Shown here piece by piece: positions 9,667-24,778 of a stretch of DNA of 58,041 bases (within the stretch, counting starts at the first letter, position 1; every line of letters begins with the position of its first letter). The stretch covers positions 1 through 58,041 of the forward strand of contig CADAXN010000001.1 in assembly GCA_902791895.1 (NCBI GenBank). Direction: 5' to 3'. Source of the stretch: an uncultured Ureaplasma sp. Its GTDB lineage: Bacteria; Bacillota_I; Bacilli_A; Mycoplasmatales; Mycoplasmoidaceae. A model generated the notes under the pieces. That model did not search any database. It worked only from the letters and a program-made list of their open reading frames with translations, and had not been told where the DNA came from. A program made the translations under genes and the position numbers.

Positions 9667-10272
9667 CTATGTAAAACTTACATTGCCTTTATTTATAATA
9701 ATGGCTCTATGTAATACATGATTAATTGCTATTAATGCATACATAATTCCAGCAGGAATTAAAATGAAAATAAGAGCTAAAACAATATCTGTTAATTCAT
9801 AATAGTATCCAATGAAATATCCTAAAATTACAAGAGCAATTAATAAGAAAGAAACGGACAATCCATATAATCCATGAATTCATCTTAGTTTGTTTTTATG
9901 TTCAAAAACAAAGAAATCAAATAACATGATGAATGGTGCATAAATAAATAAGAATGAGTCAGAAACAGTACTAAATATTTCAACATTATTAATTGTTGCA
10001 GATATAAAGTAGAAAAACATATTTGCAATAGCCGTTGTTAAAGATATTGTTTTAAGTGATGTTATGAACTGTGGTGTAATCTCAATTTTCTTAACATGAT
10101 TACGAATATCGAACACTAACGATGTTATATACAGTACTAAGCAAAAAACACTGATTGAAATACCAAAAGATGCTGGTATTCATATTTTCCACTTAATGGA
10201 TTTTGAATTGAATTGTAGAAAAAATAAACAATTCCCAAAATTAAAAAATGATAAGTAATATTTTAAAAACAA
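9667..10272 (-). CDS. Multi-pass membrane protein, paralog of the disrupted downstream gene; start uncertain
   Basis: Track ORFs 9667..9861 and 9880..10116 are joined by TGA at 9880..9882. The frame stays open to 10359 with no in-frame ATG. The TTG at 10270..10272 is the first conventional alternative start. TAG stop at 9667..9669. FIYAPFIMLFDFFVFEHKNK parallels HIMVPLVAIFDFLWFDFKTEHKSK in the neighbour. Confidence 0.5.
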
Positions 10273-10415
10273 TACTTGTGGACAAGTTAAAATTTGATAA
10301 ATATTTTTTAGTATTTTTAAATTTTGTTGTGTTAATCCGCTGTTGTGTCATATGTGAAATTATAACACACTAACTATTTGAAATCATGGCGAATGTATCT
10401 GAAGAAAGTTCCAGT

Positions 10416-12671
10416 TAAAATTAACAAATCAATGATGATGTACACTACTAACAATACATAAGGGTTGTAAGCATCTGTACAACTGTATTTGAATGCAAGT
10501 CTATTAAAAATTAGACCTAACATGCTATTTGATGAAATTTCAGAGTTATATAAATTACTATAGTCATCATTTATATAAATTGGTGTTCTTTTGAATACGA
10601 AGTTGGTTAATATAGTATCTAATTTTAAACCTAATTCTGAAAAATAACCATAATGATTTTTTGCCTTACTTCAATCACCTTTATAAATGTTGTAAATTTC
10701 ATAAAGTTCTTTGTTTTCATCTTCTGAAAGATCAATTGAACCATCATATTCACATGAAGAAACTTTCATACAATCAGGTTTGTTTCCTAAAATTGAACTC
10801 AAAATATCGTATATAGGCTCATCGTTGTTAATCATCCGAGGCAATGCAAATGAGCCATAGCGGAAAAGATCTTTAGGATTAATATCAACATCAATAGGCA
10901 ATGTAACAGGAAGATTATCACGATAGTCATCAATATTTCTTACATAGTAAGAATTATATTGTGGAATAAATACTAAACGAAAGTAATTTTCATATGGAAC
11001 TGTAACTTTATCACCTGTTGGATTATTTCAATTTGTACAAATAGCATTATCAATTCCATAATATCCTAATAATTGTCTTGATAAGTAGTATTTAAACTTA
11101 TAGAATTCCAATGCATAATCATAATCTGAATTCAATTTTAAAAGTGATTTAACTCCATCTAGATTTAATATTTGATAAACATACTTACTGTATAAATAGT
11201 TTTGTTTCTCACTAACTAAATCAAATTTGTAATATATTGAGTTTCTTTTGAAGCAATCATTATAAATAACAGAATCTACATCAAACATAGATTCATAAAC
11301 GATATAGTCGAATACATCTTTTTCTTTAGGAGTTGGTTCAATTAATTCAGGATTAAAGTATTGAAAGTTTTTAAAATTTGATGAACCATTATAAAACTTA
11401 CCAACAGTATATGTTGGTGAAAGAGACCATGGATCATCATAACGAAAAAGTAATCTTGTGTCTGTATAAGGACCATTAAGTCTAGATGTTGAAGAAATTA
11501 ATGATTCAGCTGCACTTAATCCACTTGGCATTTTAACATTTAGCGAAGTAATTACATTTTGGAAAACTTTTAGTAATTTGTCTCAATCAATATCCTGAAT
11601 ATCAGTAGGAGAGGTTGAATTACATTCTGCTAAATACTGCAAATCCTCAATTTTTAAATTTGAGTATTGTGTATAAAACAATGGTGATCCTGATTTACCA
11701 AAATCACTTCATTTAGTATATTGGTCATCAGTATAGTCTACTGACTGAGATGGCATACTGTGTAACAAACCATCAATTTTGTAATCATATGTTGATGTAG
11801 CACCCAACTCACTAATTCCATTGATTTGCATTCTAACATCATTTAAATGCCATAAATTGGCAATTAAATACATGTGATAATTAAAATTGAATGGTGCAAA
11901 TTTTCTCGTTAACGATTCTTTAACCGCATTGTTAAATGTTTCTTTTTCCCAGTCTGGGTTAACTTTTGTAGCTAATTCAAGATAGTTATCCGCTAGCGGA
12001 ATGATATATTCATATTTCGATTGTTTGTTCTGATAATCCACAAAAGAACCATTAGTACTTATTTCTGTTTTAGAATCAGTAATAACAGCTGAAGGTTCTT
12101 TTAAAGCAACAGTAGCTACTGTACTATAAATTGATGCAAGCAAAGCGATTACAACGTTTCCAACAATTATTCCTATTTTTCCATGGTAAATGGAAATGAT
12201 AATTGCTATACCGCCATACAAAAGAGTAAAAACAAAGTTAACTGCAAACAGACTGACTATCAAACTTAATACTGCTCAATAATTTACATTGGATAAACAA
12301 AAACCAAAGCAAGAAATCAAAGAACTTCCGGCAGCAAACATTGAAACAGTTAATACAAAAACAATGAATTTAGACGCAATAATTTTCGTATGATACAATG
12401 GTTTAGAACACACTAATAACTCGCTACCATCATCTTGTGGTTGCCTAAAAATGAATAAGGCAATTATAGCACCAATCAGTGCAATGATATATTCCAAAAT
12501 AACATGAAAAGTTCTAACTCTTACAACCCATGCTCATAATAGATAAGAGTTTGATACTGCTGGAACGATTACAACTAAAAGCGCAAAGATAGCATAATAA
12601 ATGCCAAGTACAATTCAAAATGTTGACTTACGAAATAAAGTATTAAAAGTGTACCTTATATGCGTTCTAAT
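10416..12671 (-). CDS. Large (about 751 aa) membrane protein, ABC-2-type permease-like: five N-terminal TM helices, about 500-aa extracytoplasmic domain, one C-terminal TM
   Basis: Track ORFs 10671..10901, 11028..11531, 11709..12263 and 12276..12497 share one frame. I checked every junction codon by codon: only TGA interrupts. TAA stop at 10416..10418; in-frame TAG at 12687..12689 bounds the 5-prime end. There is no in-frame ATG, GTG or TTG before the first TM helix, so the proposed start is ATT at 12669..12671. Confidence 0.65.
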
Positions 12672-12678
12672 GTGCGTT

Positions 12679-12684
12679 TCCCCC
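12679..12684 (-). promoter_or_regulatory. Shine-Dalgarno-like GGGGGA, 7 nt upstream of the proposed ATT start
   Basis: The minus strand reads TAG ACG GGG GAA ACG CAC ATT AGA. A G5 run is conspicuous in this AT-rich intergenic context. Confidence 0.4.
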
Positions 12685-12726
12685 GTCTACTAACTGATGT
12701 TACTATGTTATATAAATTATATTAAG

Positions 12727-13224
12727 CTATGCAAACTCAGGCACTTTTTCCTCAAAATTAATTTCACGATTTTTAATTGTGATAATCATATATGTGGATT
12801 TTCGATGTCTTCCCATGGTTATTGAACCAGGATTAGCTATGATTATATGTTGATTATCTTGTTGTACAAGATAAGTATGTGAATGCCCAAACAATAAAAC
12901 ATCAACATTTTGTTGATGAGCTTCATAAAATAAATGTTTTATTCAAGCATGGTATGGATGTCAAAAAAGTTGATTACCATGAAACAAAAAGAATTTAAAA
13001 CCACAAATGGTAAATGTTTTTGAATTGTATTCAGATCCGTGTTTAACATCATTATTTCCATCAACGAAATAATCAAAATGCTCTTTCATGTAGTCAAAAT
13101 CATAAAGATAATCACCGCAATGGATATTGTAATCACAATTCTCCTTTTCGATTATTTTGGTTATATCGTCCTGTTTCAATCCATGAGTATCGGACATGAC
13201 TAGAATTCTTTTTGTTTCTGCCAT
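12727..13224 (-). CDS. Metallophosphoesterase, YfcE/MJ0936 family
   Basis: Track ORF 12961..13224 continues through TGA at 12961..12963 to TAG at 12727..12729. 165 aa. Motifs: VMSDTHG, HCGDY, GNND, LFGHSH, and GS near the C terminus. Confidence 0.85.
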
Positions 13225-13263
13225 ACTATTAGTTTACTAAATAATATATAATGAAACAAAAAA

Positions 13264-15045
13264 TTAGTCATTTTGTAAGTATTTTTTAATTATTTTTGCC
13301 TTTTTTAAACCAACATATTGAGCTATTTCTTCAATAGCTGCATCTTTAATGCTGCTCATATTTTGGTAGTTATTCAATAATTTGTTAATTGTTGCACTAC
13401 CAATTTCAGGAATTTCTTCAAGTTTTGATTTAAATAATGAAGATTGTTTCCTTGTTCTAAAGAATGTGATTGCAAACCGATGAACTTCATTTTGTATCTT
13501 TAAAAGATACAAATATAATTCTGAATTTTTATCTAAATGAATAAACTCACCATTTGGTAAATAAATTTTCTCAGTTTGATGTTTTCTATTTTTTACCAAT
13601 CCGATAACTGGAATAATTAAATTTAATTTATTCTCTTTAAGTGATTTAATAATAGTGTGAACTTGTTGCTTCCCACCATCAGCAATAATTAAATTAGGCA
13701 ATTCCTCACGATTTTTAAGCATGTGAGAATATTGTCTAGTAATTACTTCTTTCATATATTCAACATCTGAATGTGCCTTTTCATTTTTAATGATGAATTT
13801 ACGGTATAAGTTTTTGTTAAAATTACCATTTTCTAGTGCAACCATTGCGCCAATACGATCTTCATTAAACAAATTAGACATATCAAAGATATGAATTAAA
13901 GTTAAATTGTCAATTTTTAATAGCTTTCTTAATTCATCAAAAGCATCCGCATTTAGAGCCACAGATCTCTTATATTGCAAGTAATTTGAATTGTAGAACT
14001 CTTTAGCATTTAAAATTGCATTTTCAAGAATATTTTTAAATTTGCCAGTTTTAGGATTAATAAAATTAACTTTTAAATTTTGTGTCAAATTTTTTAGTTT
14101 ATTTTCTTCTAAACCAACATAACACTTTTTAGGTAAGTTTAAATTTTCAGAATAAAATTGCATTAAATAACTTTCAATTGTTTCAGTTATTGAATCATTA
14201 ATTTCAGCTATTTGCTGTTTCTTTGTCAACAACTTACCATTAACATATGATAAAATAACAATACTAATGTATTGTTTATTGACATAAAAACCTAAAACAT
14301 CAATCGAATGTTTAGATACTAAATTAATATTTTGATATTGATTTATTTCTTCAATTCCTTTAATTAGTTCCAATACATTCTGAGCTTCTTCATATTTAAA
14401 ATTTTGTGAATACTTTCTTTCTTTTTCTTTTAATGACTTAACAATTGATTTTGCATTACCTTTAAAAAAATTGTCAATATCTTTTTTAATTGCATCATAT
14501 TGTTCTTTTGTAATGTCATTTATACAAGGAGCTAAACATTCGCCCATGTCATAATATAAGCAAGGTTTTTTTGGTAATTTATAACACTTTCTTAATGGAA
14601 ATAAACGTAATAGAAAATTATAGATTTCATACTTGTTTGATTTACTAGTTGCAAATGGACCGTAGTACTTACCACGGTATGTGTCAGAACTGCGTGTATA
14701 AACTAATCTTGGATTTTTCTCATCAGTTAAAACAATGTATGGATAATAAGTTCCTTCCTTTAAAAGAATATTGTATTTTGGTTGATATTTTTTAATTAAA
14801 TTGTTTTCCAAAATTAATGATTCATTTTCATTATTAACGGTAATAAAATCTACATTGGCAATATTTTCAACAAGTTTAGATGTTTTTTGATCACGATTTG
14901 ATAAAAAATATTGGTGTGTTCTTTTATACAAGTCACTTGCTTTTCCAACATAAATAACCTGGTCGTATTTATCTTTTCATAGATAACAACCAGGCTTATG
15001 TGGAATATTTTGTAATTTAAATTTTAAATTTTCATTTATATCCAT
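13264..15045 (-). CDS. uvrC: Excinuclease ABC subunit C
   Basis: Track ORF 13264..14931 extends through one TGA to the ATG at 15043..15045 ([42 protein letters not shown], a GIY-YIG module). 593 aa. The ATG overlaps the upstream stop as TAATG. Confidence 0.95.
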
Positions 15046-16436
15046 TATTTAATTTCAAGTTTAGATGGATTTGTTTCTCTCATTGTATCAGTTGAGCCAA
15101 AAACAATCATATCCTCATAAATATCATTTAGCGAAGGATAATTGCGTTGGAATAAATCAACATAAATATTTTTAGAAATTAATGTTTTTTGAAGTTTAGT
15201 AACATCACTTTTCTTAACAATTTTGAAGATATTACATTTCTTCTCTTCATCGTAAGATGATGATATTTTCATTCTTTTAGCAATATCAAGAAGTTTATTA
15301 TTGTCTTTTTGACTAACTCTAATTAAATACTCATTGACATTATATTTTTCAAGCAATTCTTGTTTCTTACCTGAATAGATAATTTTACCACCATCAAGAA
15401 TTGTTAACGAATCAGCATAAATATCTAATTCAGCTAAAACGTGAGAAGAGATAAAGATAGCTTTGCCTTGCTTTCTTAATTCAAGTAAAGTATCAAAGAA
15501 TTCAATTCTGGCCTTAGGATCTAAGTTAGCTACTGGTTCATCCATGATTATAATATCTGGGTCGTGAACTAAAGATTGCGCCAACAATATTTTCTTCTTC
15601 TGACCAGAAGAGAAAGTGTTAGGTGAACGTTGTCTTAGGTTTCACATTTTTAAATCTTTTAATTGTTTTGTGACTAATTCACTAGCTTCTTTTTCTTTCA
15701 GTCCTGAAAGCATAACCATTCACTTTAAATAACTAAAAGTTGAAAAACGTTCTGGGAAACTTGCTTTCTCAGGAATGTAGCCAATATTTTTCTTCGCAGC
15801 TTCAGTTTCATTTTTCTTACCATTAATTAAAATTGTTCCAGACCAGTTATAGTATGAGGTAATTAGACATTTAATGGTTGTTGTTTTTCCAGCACCATTC
15901 GCACCGATAAATGCATGGAATTCACCTGGATAAACATTAAAATTTAACGCGCTAATTGTTGGTGTTTTTTTAGATTTATAATACTTTGTTAAATTTCGAA
16001 CATATAAAATTGGTTTTTCATCTAATTGTTCATATTTTTTAATGTCACTTAAAAAGTACTTATAACATTTGCTACCACGTTTATTAATAATTTCATTAAT
16101 GATCTTTTGTGTTTCATTAACACGTTTTCCAAAGTCAGTTAACTTATTTATGTCATTGTTCGAAATTTTACCATTGGTAATTTCATTAGCACATTCTTTA
16201 ATGCTATCTTGGAATGCTTTTAATTTTTCACATTCTGACTTATACTTTTCCTTAGCTTCAACTTTCTTTTGCTTTATATCTTTTTTTGTCAAATGTTCAG
16301 TAGATAAATAAATACTTGTTAAATCATTTTGATATTGTGCTTTTAGTTGTGGATAAGATTTAAGTTCGTCTAAAAATTTAAATAATATTTTATCGTTATT
16401 TACAACGTTTTTAAATTTGTTTACGGTTATATTCAT
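15045..16436 (-). CDS. ABC transporter ATP-binding protein with an N-terminal extension of about 140 aa
   Basis: Track ORFs 15045..15587 and 15720..16436 share a frame and are joined by TGA codons. Walker A GANGAGKTT, signature FSSGQKKK, Walker B IIIMDEP. 463 aa. ATG at 16434..16436. Confidence 0.9.
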
Positions 16437-16447
16437 AAATATCTAAA

Positions 16448-19162
<2,715 letters not shown>

Positions 19163-19214
19163 ATTATGTATAGATTATAAAATTTACTCATATTTTATAA
19201 AATATATTTATATT

Positions 19215-20651
19215 ATGCTAAGTTTTAAAAAACAAAAAGTTGAAAACATTTCAGAATTTTTGCCTTTTATTCAACACATCGATTATAAACTTGGAAGTTA
19301 TTCGATGGGATGAAAAATATTATGGGCAAGAAAATTCAATTTTTTTTATACCATAGCCAATAATTGCTACATTCAATACTTTGAAATAAACAAACAACCA
19401 TATTTTTACTATCCAATTTCATTATCAAACAATGAAAATGAAGAAAAAGAATCATTAAAGTTGATAGGTGAATATTGCACTCAAAATAAACTTAAATTAA
19501 GTTTCATTGACATACCAAAACACAAATTGATCAATATACTTTCAATTTACTATTACCACAACACTATTCACCAAGATCGCAAATGGATGAACTATTCATA
19601 TAATGCTAAAGAATTTGTGGAATTAACCGGAAGTAAATATTCAAAACAAAGAAACAGGATAAGAGCTTTTTTAAAACAAAATATTAAATATGAATTTTTA
19701 AAAATTGATCAAAACAATATTGAAGAAACCAAAAAATTTATTGATAATTGGTGAAAAAAATATCCTAAGAAAAAAAGCAGTGACTTTAGTGATTATGCAG
19801 CCAAATTTGAAAGCTCAATTTTAGACTATTATTTTGAGTTTAATTTAATTGGCGCAATAATGAAAATTAATGATGAAATTGTTGCTACTTGCATTGGTGA
19901 AAAATGTGGTAACACTTTATATAACCATGTTGAAAAAATCAATCATGAAATCATTGGTTTGGACTGTTTCTTTGTAAATTTATTTGCAAAAACTTTTGTT
20001 ACAAATGATATAAAATTTATTAATCGTGAAGATGATGTTGGTAATAAAGGTTTGAGAAGATCAAAACTTCAATATGAACCTGAAGAATTGGTATGTGGTT
20101 ATACAATTAATGTTCATAACGAATTTTTTTATATTACTAAAGCAAAAACTATTAAAGTGAACCAAGAAATAAAACTAGCAGACATAACCTCAAAAGATAA
20201 AAATTATTTTGAATTATGTAGTGATGATGATTTAAACAAATATTATGGGTACGATTATCACAAATATTTTGATGAAAAAGTTTACAAAAAACCTGTTGAT
20301 TTAGAATGATTCTTACAAAGCCGTAAAAAAGATTTATTACGTAAAAATGAAATTTCATGAGGAATTTTTGTAAACAATGAGTTAGTTGGTGAAATTAATC
20401 TATTTGATATAGATTACAAACATGAAGCTTGATTAGGATTTAGAACTTTAAAAAGATTTCAAAATAAAGGATACACAAGTCAATGTGCAAAAGCAATCAT
20501 TGATTATGCGCTATATACTTTGGGTTTAAATAAAGTATTATCCAAATGTTATAAGCAAAATACGCCTTCTAAAAATATGCTATTAAAAATTGGAATGCAG
20601 TCCAGAGGAGAAGATGAAAATTTTTACTATTTTGATATTTCATCAAAATAG
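19215..20651 (+). CDS. Fusion protein: MprF C-terminal-like (DUF2156-type, aminoacyl-tRNA transferase fold) domain plus C-terminal RimJ/RimL-like GNAT acetyltransferase domain
   Basis: The ATG at 19215 is in frame with track ORFs 19461..19754 and 19860..20309 through TGA codons; TAG at 20649..20651. 478 aa. Motifs: LTGSKYSKQRNRIRAF and NREDDVGNKGLRRSKLQYEP (DUF2156-like), then GEINLFDIDYKHEAWLGFRTLKRFQNKGYTSQCAKAIIDYALYTLGLNKVLSKCYKQNTPSKNMLLKIGM (GNAT). Confidence 0.8.
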
Positions 20652-20664
20652 GTTTATATAATTA

Positions 20665-23376
20665 ATGAATATGGAAAAATGAACAGCAAATAAAATACGC
20701 AAAACTTGACTTGATTACTTTGTAAGTAATGGTCATTATTTATTCCCATCACAATCTTTAATACCACACAATGACCCATCATTGTTGTGAATTAATTCCG
20801 GTGTGGCTACTCTTAAACCTTATTTTTCAGGAACAGCAACACCACCATCTAATCGTTTAACAAGTTCTCAAAAATCAATTCGTACCAATGACATTTTTAA
20901 TATTGGTGTAACTTCCCGTCACCACACATTCTTTGAAATGCTTGGCAATTTTTCGATTGGTGATTATTTCAAAAAAGAAGCTATTCATTTTGCATATGAC
21001 TTATTAGTTAACCACTATCATTTAGACGTTAATAGGTTATATTTCACTGTTTTTGAAAAAGATGATGATGCTTATCAAGCATGATTAGATCATGGTATTA
21101 ATCCAAAGAAAATAACTAAATGTAATCGTGATCGTAACTTTTGGGATGTGGGTTCAGGCCCTTGTGGTCCTTGCACTGAAATTTATTATGACCGTGGAGA
21201 AAAATTTGATCCAAATAACATTGGTGAAAAGTTATTCTTTGAAGATATAGAGAATGATCGTTATGTTGAAATTTGAAATGTTGTATTTTCACAATTCAAC
21301 AATAACGGAAAAAATGAATATACAGAATTAGCAAGAAAAAATATCGATACTGGAGCCGGTTTAGAAAGATTAGCATCTGTATTACAATCTACTCCAACTA
21401 ATTACGATACTGATTTATTTTTGTCAATCATTAAAACAATTGAAAAATACTCAAAATCATTTAAATATGATGTTGATGCTTATTTCACACAAGATAAAGT
21501 ACAAAAAAATATTAACCGTAATTTCATAATTATTGCTGATCATATTAAAGCATGCGTTTTCGCAATTGCAGATGGTGCAGTTCCTAGCGCAAAAGAAAGA
21601 GGAGCAGTTCTTAGAAAATTAATTAGAAGGTCAATAATCTGTGCTAAATTCCTTGAACTATCAAATGATTTCTTAACACCTACAATTCATTCAATTATTG
21701 AAACAATGTCTGAATTCTATCCTTATTTAATTAAGAATGAGAAGATTATTAATGAAATTATTTTACAAGAACAAAAATTGTTTAGTCAAACATTTAATAA
21801 AGGCTATGAGTTGTATATTAAAGCTTTAAATAACTCTAATGAATTGGATGCAGAAACTGTTTTTAAATTATCAGATACTTATGGATTTCCATTTGAAGTT
21901 ATTAAAAATTTATGTGAACAAAATAACATTAAATTTGATCAACATAAATATGATGAAATTGTTTTAAAACATCAACAAATTTCACATGGAAATAAAAAAA
22001 TTAAAGCAATGGTTCAACAAAATAAAAATTTGATGAACTTTAAGTTAAATTCATTGTTTATGTATGATACACTTCAATTGAAATGTTCAAAAATTATTGC
22101 TTTGTTTAACCAAAATTATGAACCCCTAATTTCAATTAACAACGGCAATTGTTGAATTGTATTTGATAAAACATGTTTCTATGCTACAAGTGGTGGTCAA
22201 GAACATGATTTTGGTTTAATAAAAATTAACAACCAAGAACTTTCAGTTGCAAATGTAATCAAAGCGCCAAATGGACAATATTTACATTTAGTTAATACAC
22301 AAAATAAAATTACTGTAAGTGATACTGCTGATTTATTTGTTGATGAATTAAACCGTAAATTAACATCTTGCAATCACTCTTGTGAGCACTTACTTCAAAA
22401 AGCCCTTCAAACTGTTGTGAGTGATTCAATTCATCAGGAAGGTGCAAGTAAAAATGCTCAAAAATTTACTTTTGATTTCTCTTATCAATCAAAGTTAACT
22501 AAAGACCAACTAATTGAAGTCGAAAATAAAGTTAATGAGTATATTGGTTCTAAACAAAAAGTTGAAACCAAAATGATGACTCTTGATGATGCAAAGAAAA
22601 TTCGTGCTCAAGCTCATTTTGAAAAAATCTATGCAAAAATAAGTGGTTTATTGCGAGTTGTTATTATGGATGGAATCACTAGTGAAGTTTGTGGAGGAAC
22701 ACATCCTAAAAATTTAGGTGAAATTGAACAATTCATGATTGCAAAATATGAAACTAAAGGTAGTGGTTCATATCGTATTGAAGGTATAACAACTAATAAC
22801 ACAATAAAAAGATTTATTGAATCAAATATTCAAACTATTAAAAATAGTATTCAAAAAACTGTAAATGAATTAAAGAGACTGAAAGTTAATGAATCAGAAT
22901 ACAAAGGACTGATTCAAAAACTTGATTTTTCTGTTACTAGACAAAACTACCATAGCTTAGTTGATCAATATCAAGATGTTAAAACTCATTTAGATGAAAT
23001 AATTAAAGTGGCAAGTTTAAATCGAAATGCAAATCAATCTAAAGAATTAAAACATTGTTTTGACATTGATAAAGACAATACTGTATTAACAGCAGAAGTC
23101 AAAGATATTGAACCTAAAGTTTTAAGTAATGCTTTGAATCAATTAGCAAATGAACACACTGATAAAGCATTTATCGCTTTTAACATCACTAATGATAAAG
23201 TTCGTTATTTTGTTATTTCTGGCAAAAAAATTGTTGACCAAGACTATAAAGCCAATTCATTAATTAAAAAAATAAACGAGACGCTTAAAGGTTCTGGTGG
23301 TGGAAGTCCAGAATTTGGGCAAGGTGGCTGTGACCTTGACAATTACAAAAACAATATCAAAAAATTAATTTTTTAG
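20665..23376 (+). CDS. alaS: Alanine--tRNA ligase
   Basis: ATG at 20665 (alternative ATG at 20671) is in frame with track ORFs 20803.., 21421.. and 22417..23376, with TGA at the junctions. Motifs: [25 protein letters not shown]. 903 aa. Confidence 0.95.
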
Positions 23377-23414
23377 TCATTTTCTGTATTATTTCAATTA
23401 GAAAATTTAAAGTT

Positions 23415-23432
23415 AAGTATTCAAAAATACTT
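23415..23432. terminator. Weak AT-rich hairpin between convergent alaS and the helicase gene
   Basis: AAGTATT (23415..23421) / AATACTT (23426..23432) with a 4-nt loop. It overlaps the helicase stop codon. The stem has only one G-C pair. Confidence 0.3.
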
Positions 23433-24777
23433 AATTTTTACTTTTTTTAGAATCTCTAATATTTTTCTTAACTAAAATTTTCTTAACACTTTTTTCAATA
23501 TTCTCGTGTCTAATTTTTTGCTTAATTTTAAGAATCTGTTTCTTGATTTTTTTCTTATATCCGGGTTTAACTTTTTTAGAGTTTTTATTAATAATCATTT
23601 TGATTTGATTATTAATTTTTTCATCAAATTTAAGTTTCTTTTTTAATTTAAGTTTCTTATCTTTTTTAATAAGTTTTAAGCTGGAATTGATGAAATAAAA
23701 ATTTCATTTAATACCTTTGTTAGTTAAATTGTTAATAAGATTATCATCGCTTACGCGATAAATACATCAACTACTTCCTGTTTTGTTGTATCTTCCAATT
23801 CTTCCGGCACGATGAATATATCACATTGTATCTAGTGGTAAACCAAATGAGATAATCATATCGGCATTAGGTAAGTCAATTCCACGAGCAATTAGATCTG
23901 TAGCAACAACATATTGAAATTTGTTTTCAATAATTTGTTTGTAAATTTGTTTTCTTTTTCTTTCATGTAAATCTTGATGAATAACACAAACATTATAATT
24001 TTGTGCTAACATTTCATTGTAAATCTTGTTAGCTTCTTTTTTAGTGTTTGCAAAAATAATACAAAAGTATGGATTAATTGTTTTTAGAAATTTCTTAAGT
24101 GTGTCATGTGAATCAATGTTGTTTGATTGATAAACAATGTTGTGTGAAATTTGATTATTTACTCAAATAGAACTAGAAGTAGATACAACTGTAGCATTAG
24201 TTAAAATGTGTTTTAATTGATTAGCTAGTGACTCATGCAATGTAGCACTTGTTGCATATTTAATCAATTTAGGATGATTAATTTGTTTAAATGTTTCATT
24301 GATTGTATTGTAAAAGCCAAAATCAAATAACATATCAGCTTCATCTAAAACAAAAAACTTAATTGAACTACGGATATTATTTGTTTTAACAAATTCTAAT
24401 GCTTTATTAGGTGTAGCAATTATTACTTGTGAATTAATAACAGATGTTTTATTTTGATCTTTTCCTAATAACTTAACTTTTAAGTTATTTTGATATTTTG
24501 TGAATTCAACAAATAGACTATAAATTTGTCTAGCTAATTCTTTTGTAGGAACAACAATTAAAGCTTGAATTTCTTTTTTATCCACATCAATTTTATTTAA
24601 TGTATTGATTAAAAAACATAGTGTTTTACCACTACCGGTTCTTGAAGTAATAATTAAACTTTTATCATTATTTTTACTAGAAAATGCTTGGGTTTGAATA
24701 TCGGTTGTTTCATAAATGTGTTTTTCATTCAAAACATCGATAATTCATTGTTTTAGACTTAAAGACGCAAATTTCAT
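23431..24777 (-). CDS. DEAD-box ATP-dependent RNA helicase with a Lys-rich C-terminal tail
   Basis: Track ORFs 23821..24012 and 24163..24732 share a frame. ATG at 24775..24777; I scanned 23434..23760 codon by codon and found no TAA or TAG; TAA at 23431..23433. Motifs: SRTGSGKT, VLDEADML, TSAT, HRAGRIGR. 448 aa. Confidence 0.9.
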
Positions 24778-24778
24778 A

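Noticed and set aside
19163-19214. T-box or other leader RNAs upstream of ileS, alaS and leuS
   Set aside because: The upstream spacers are only 52, 13 and 74 nt. That is too short for a T-box riboswitch, and no specifier or antiterminator-like structure is visible.
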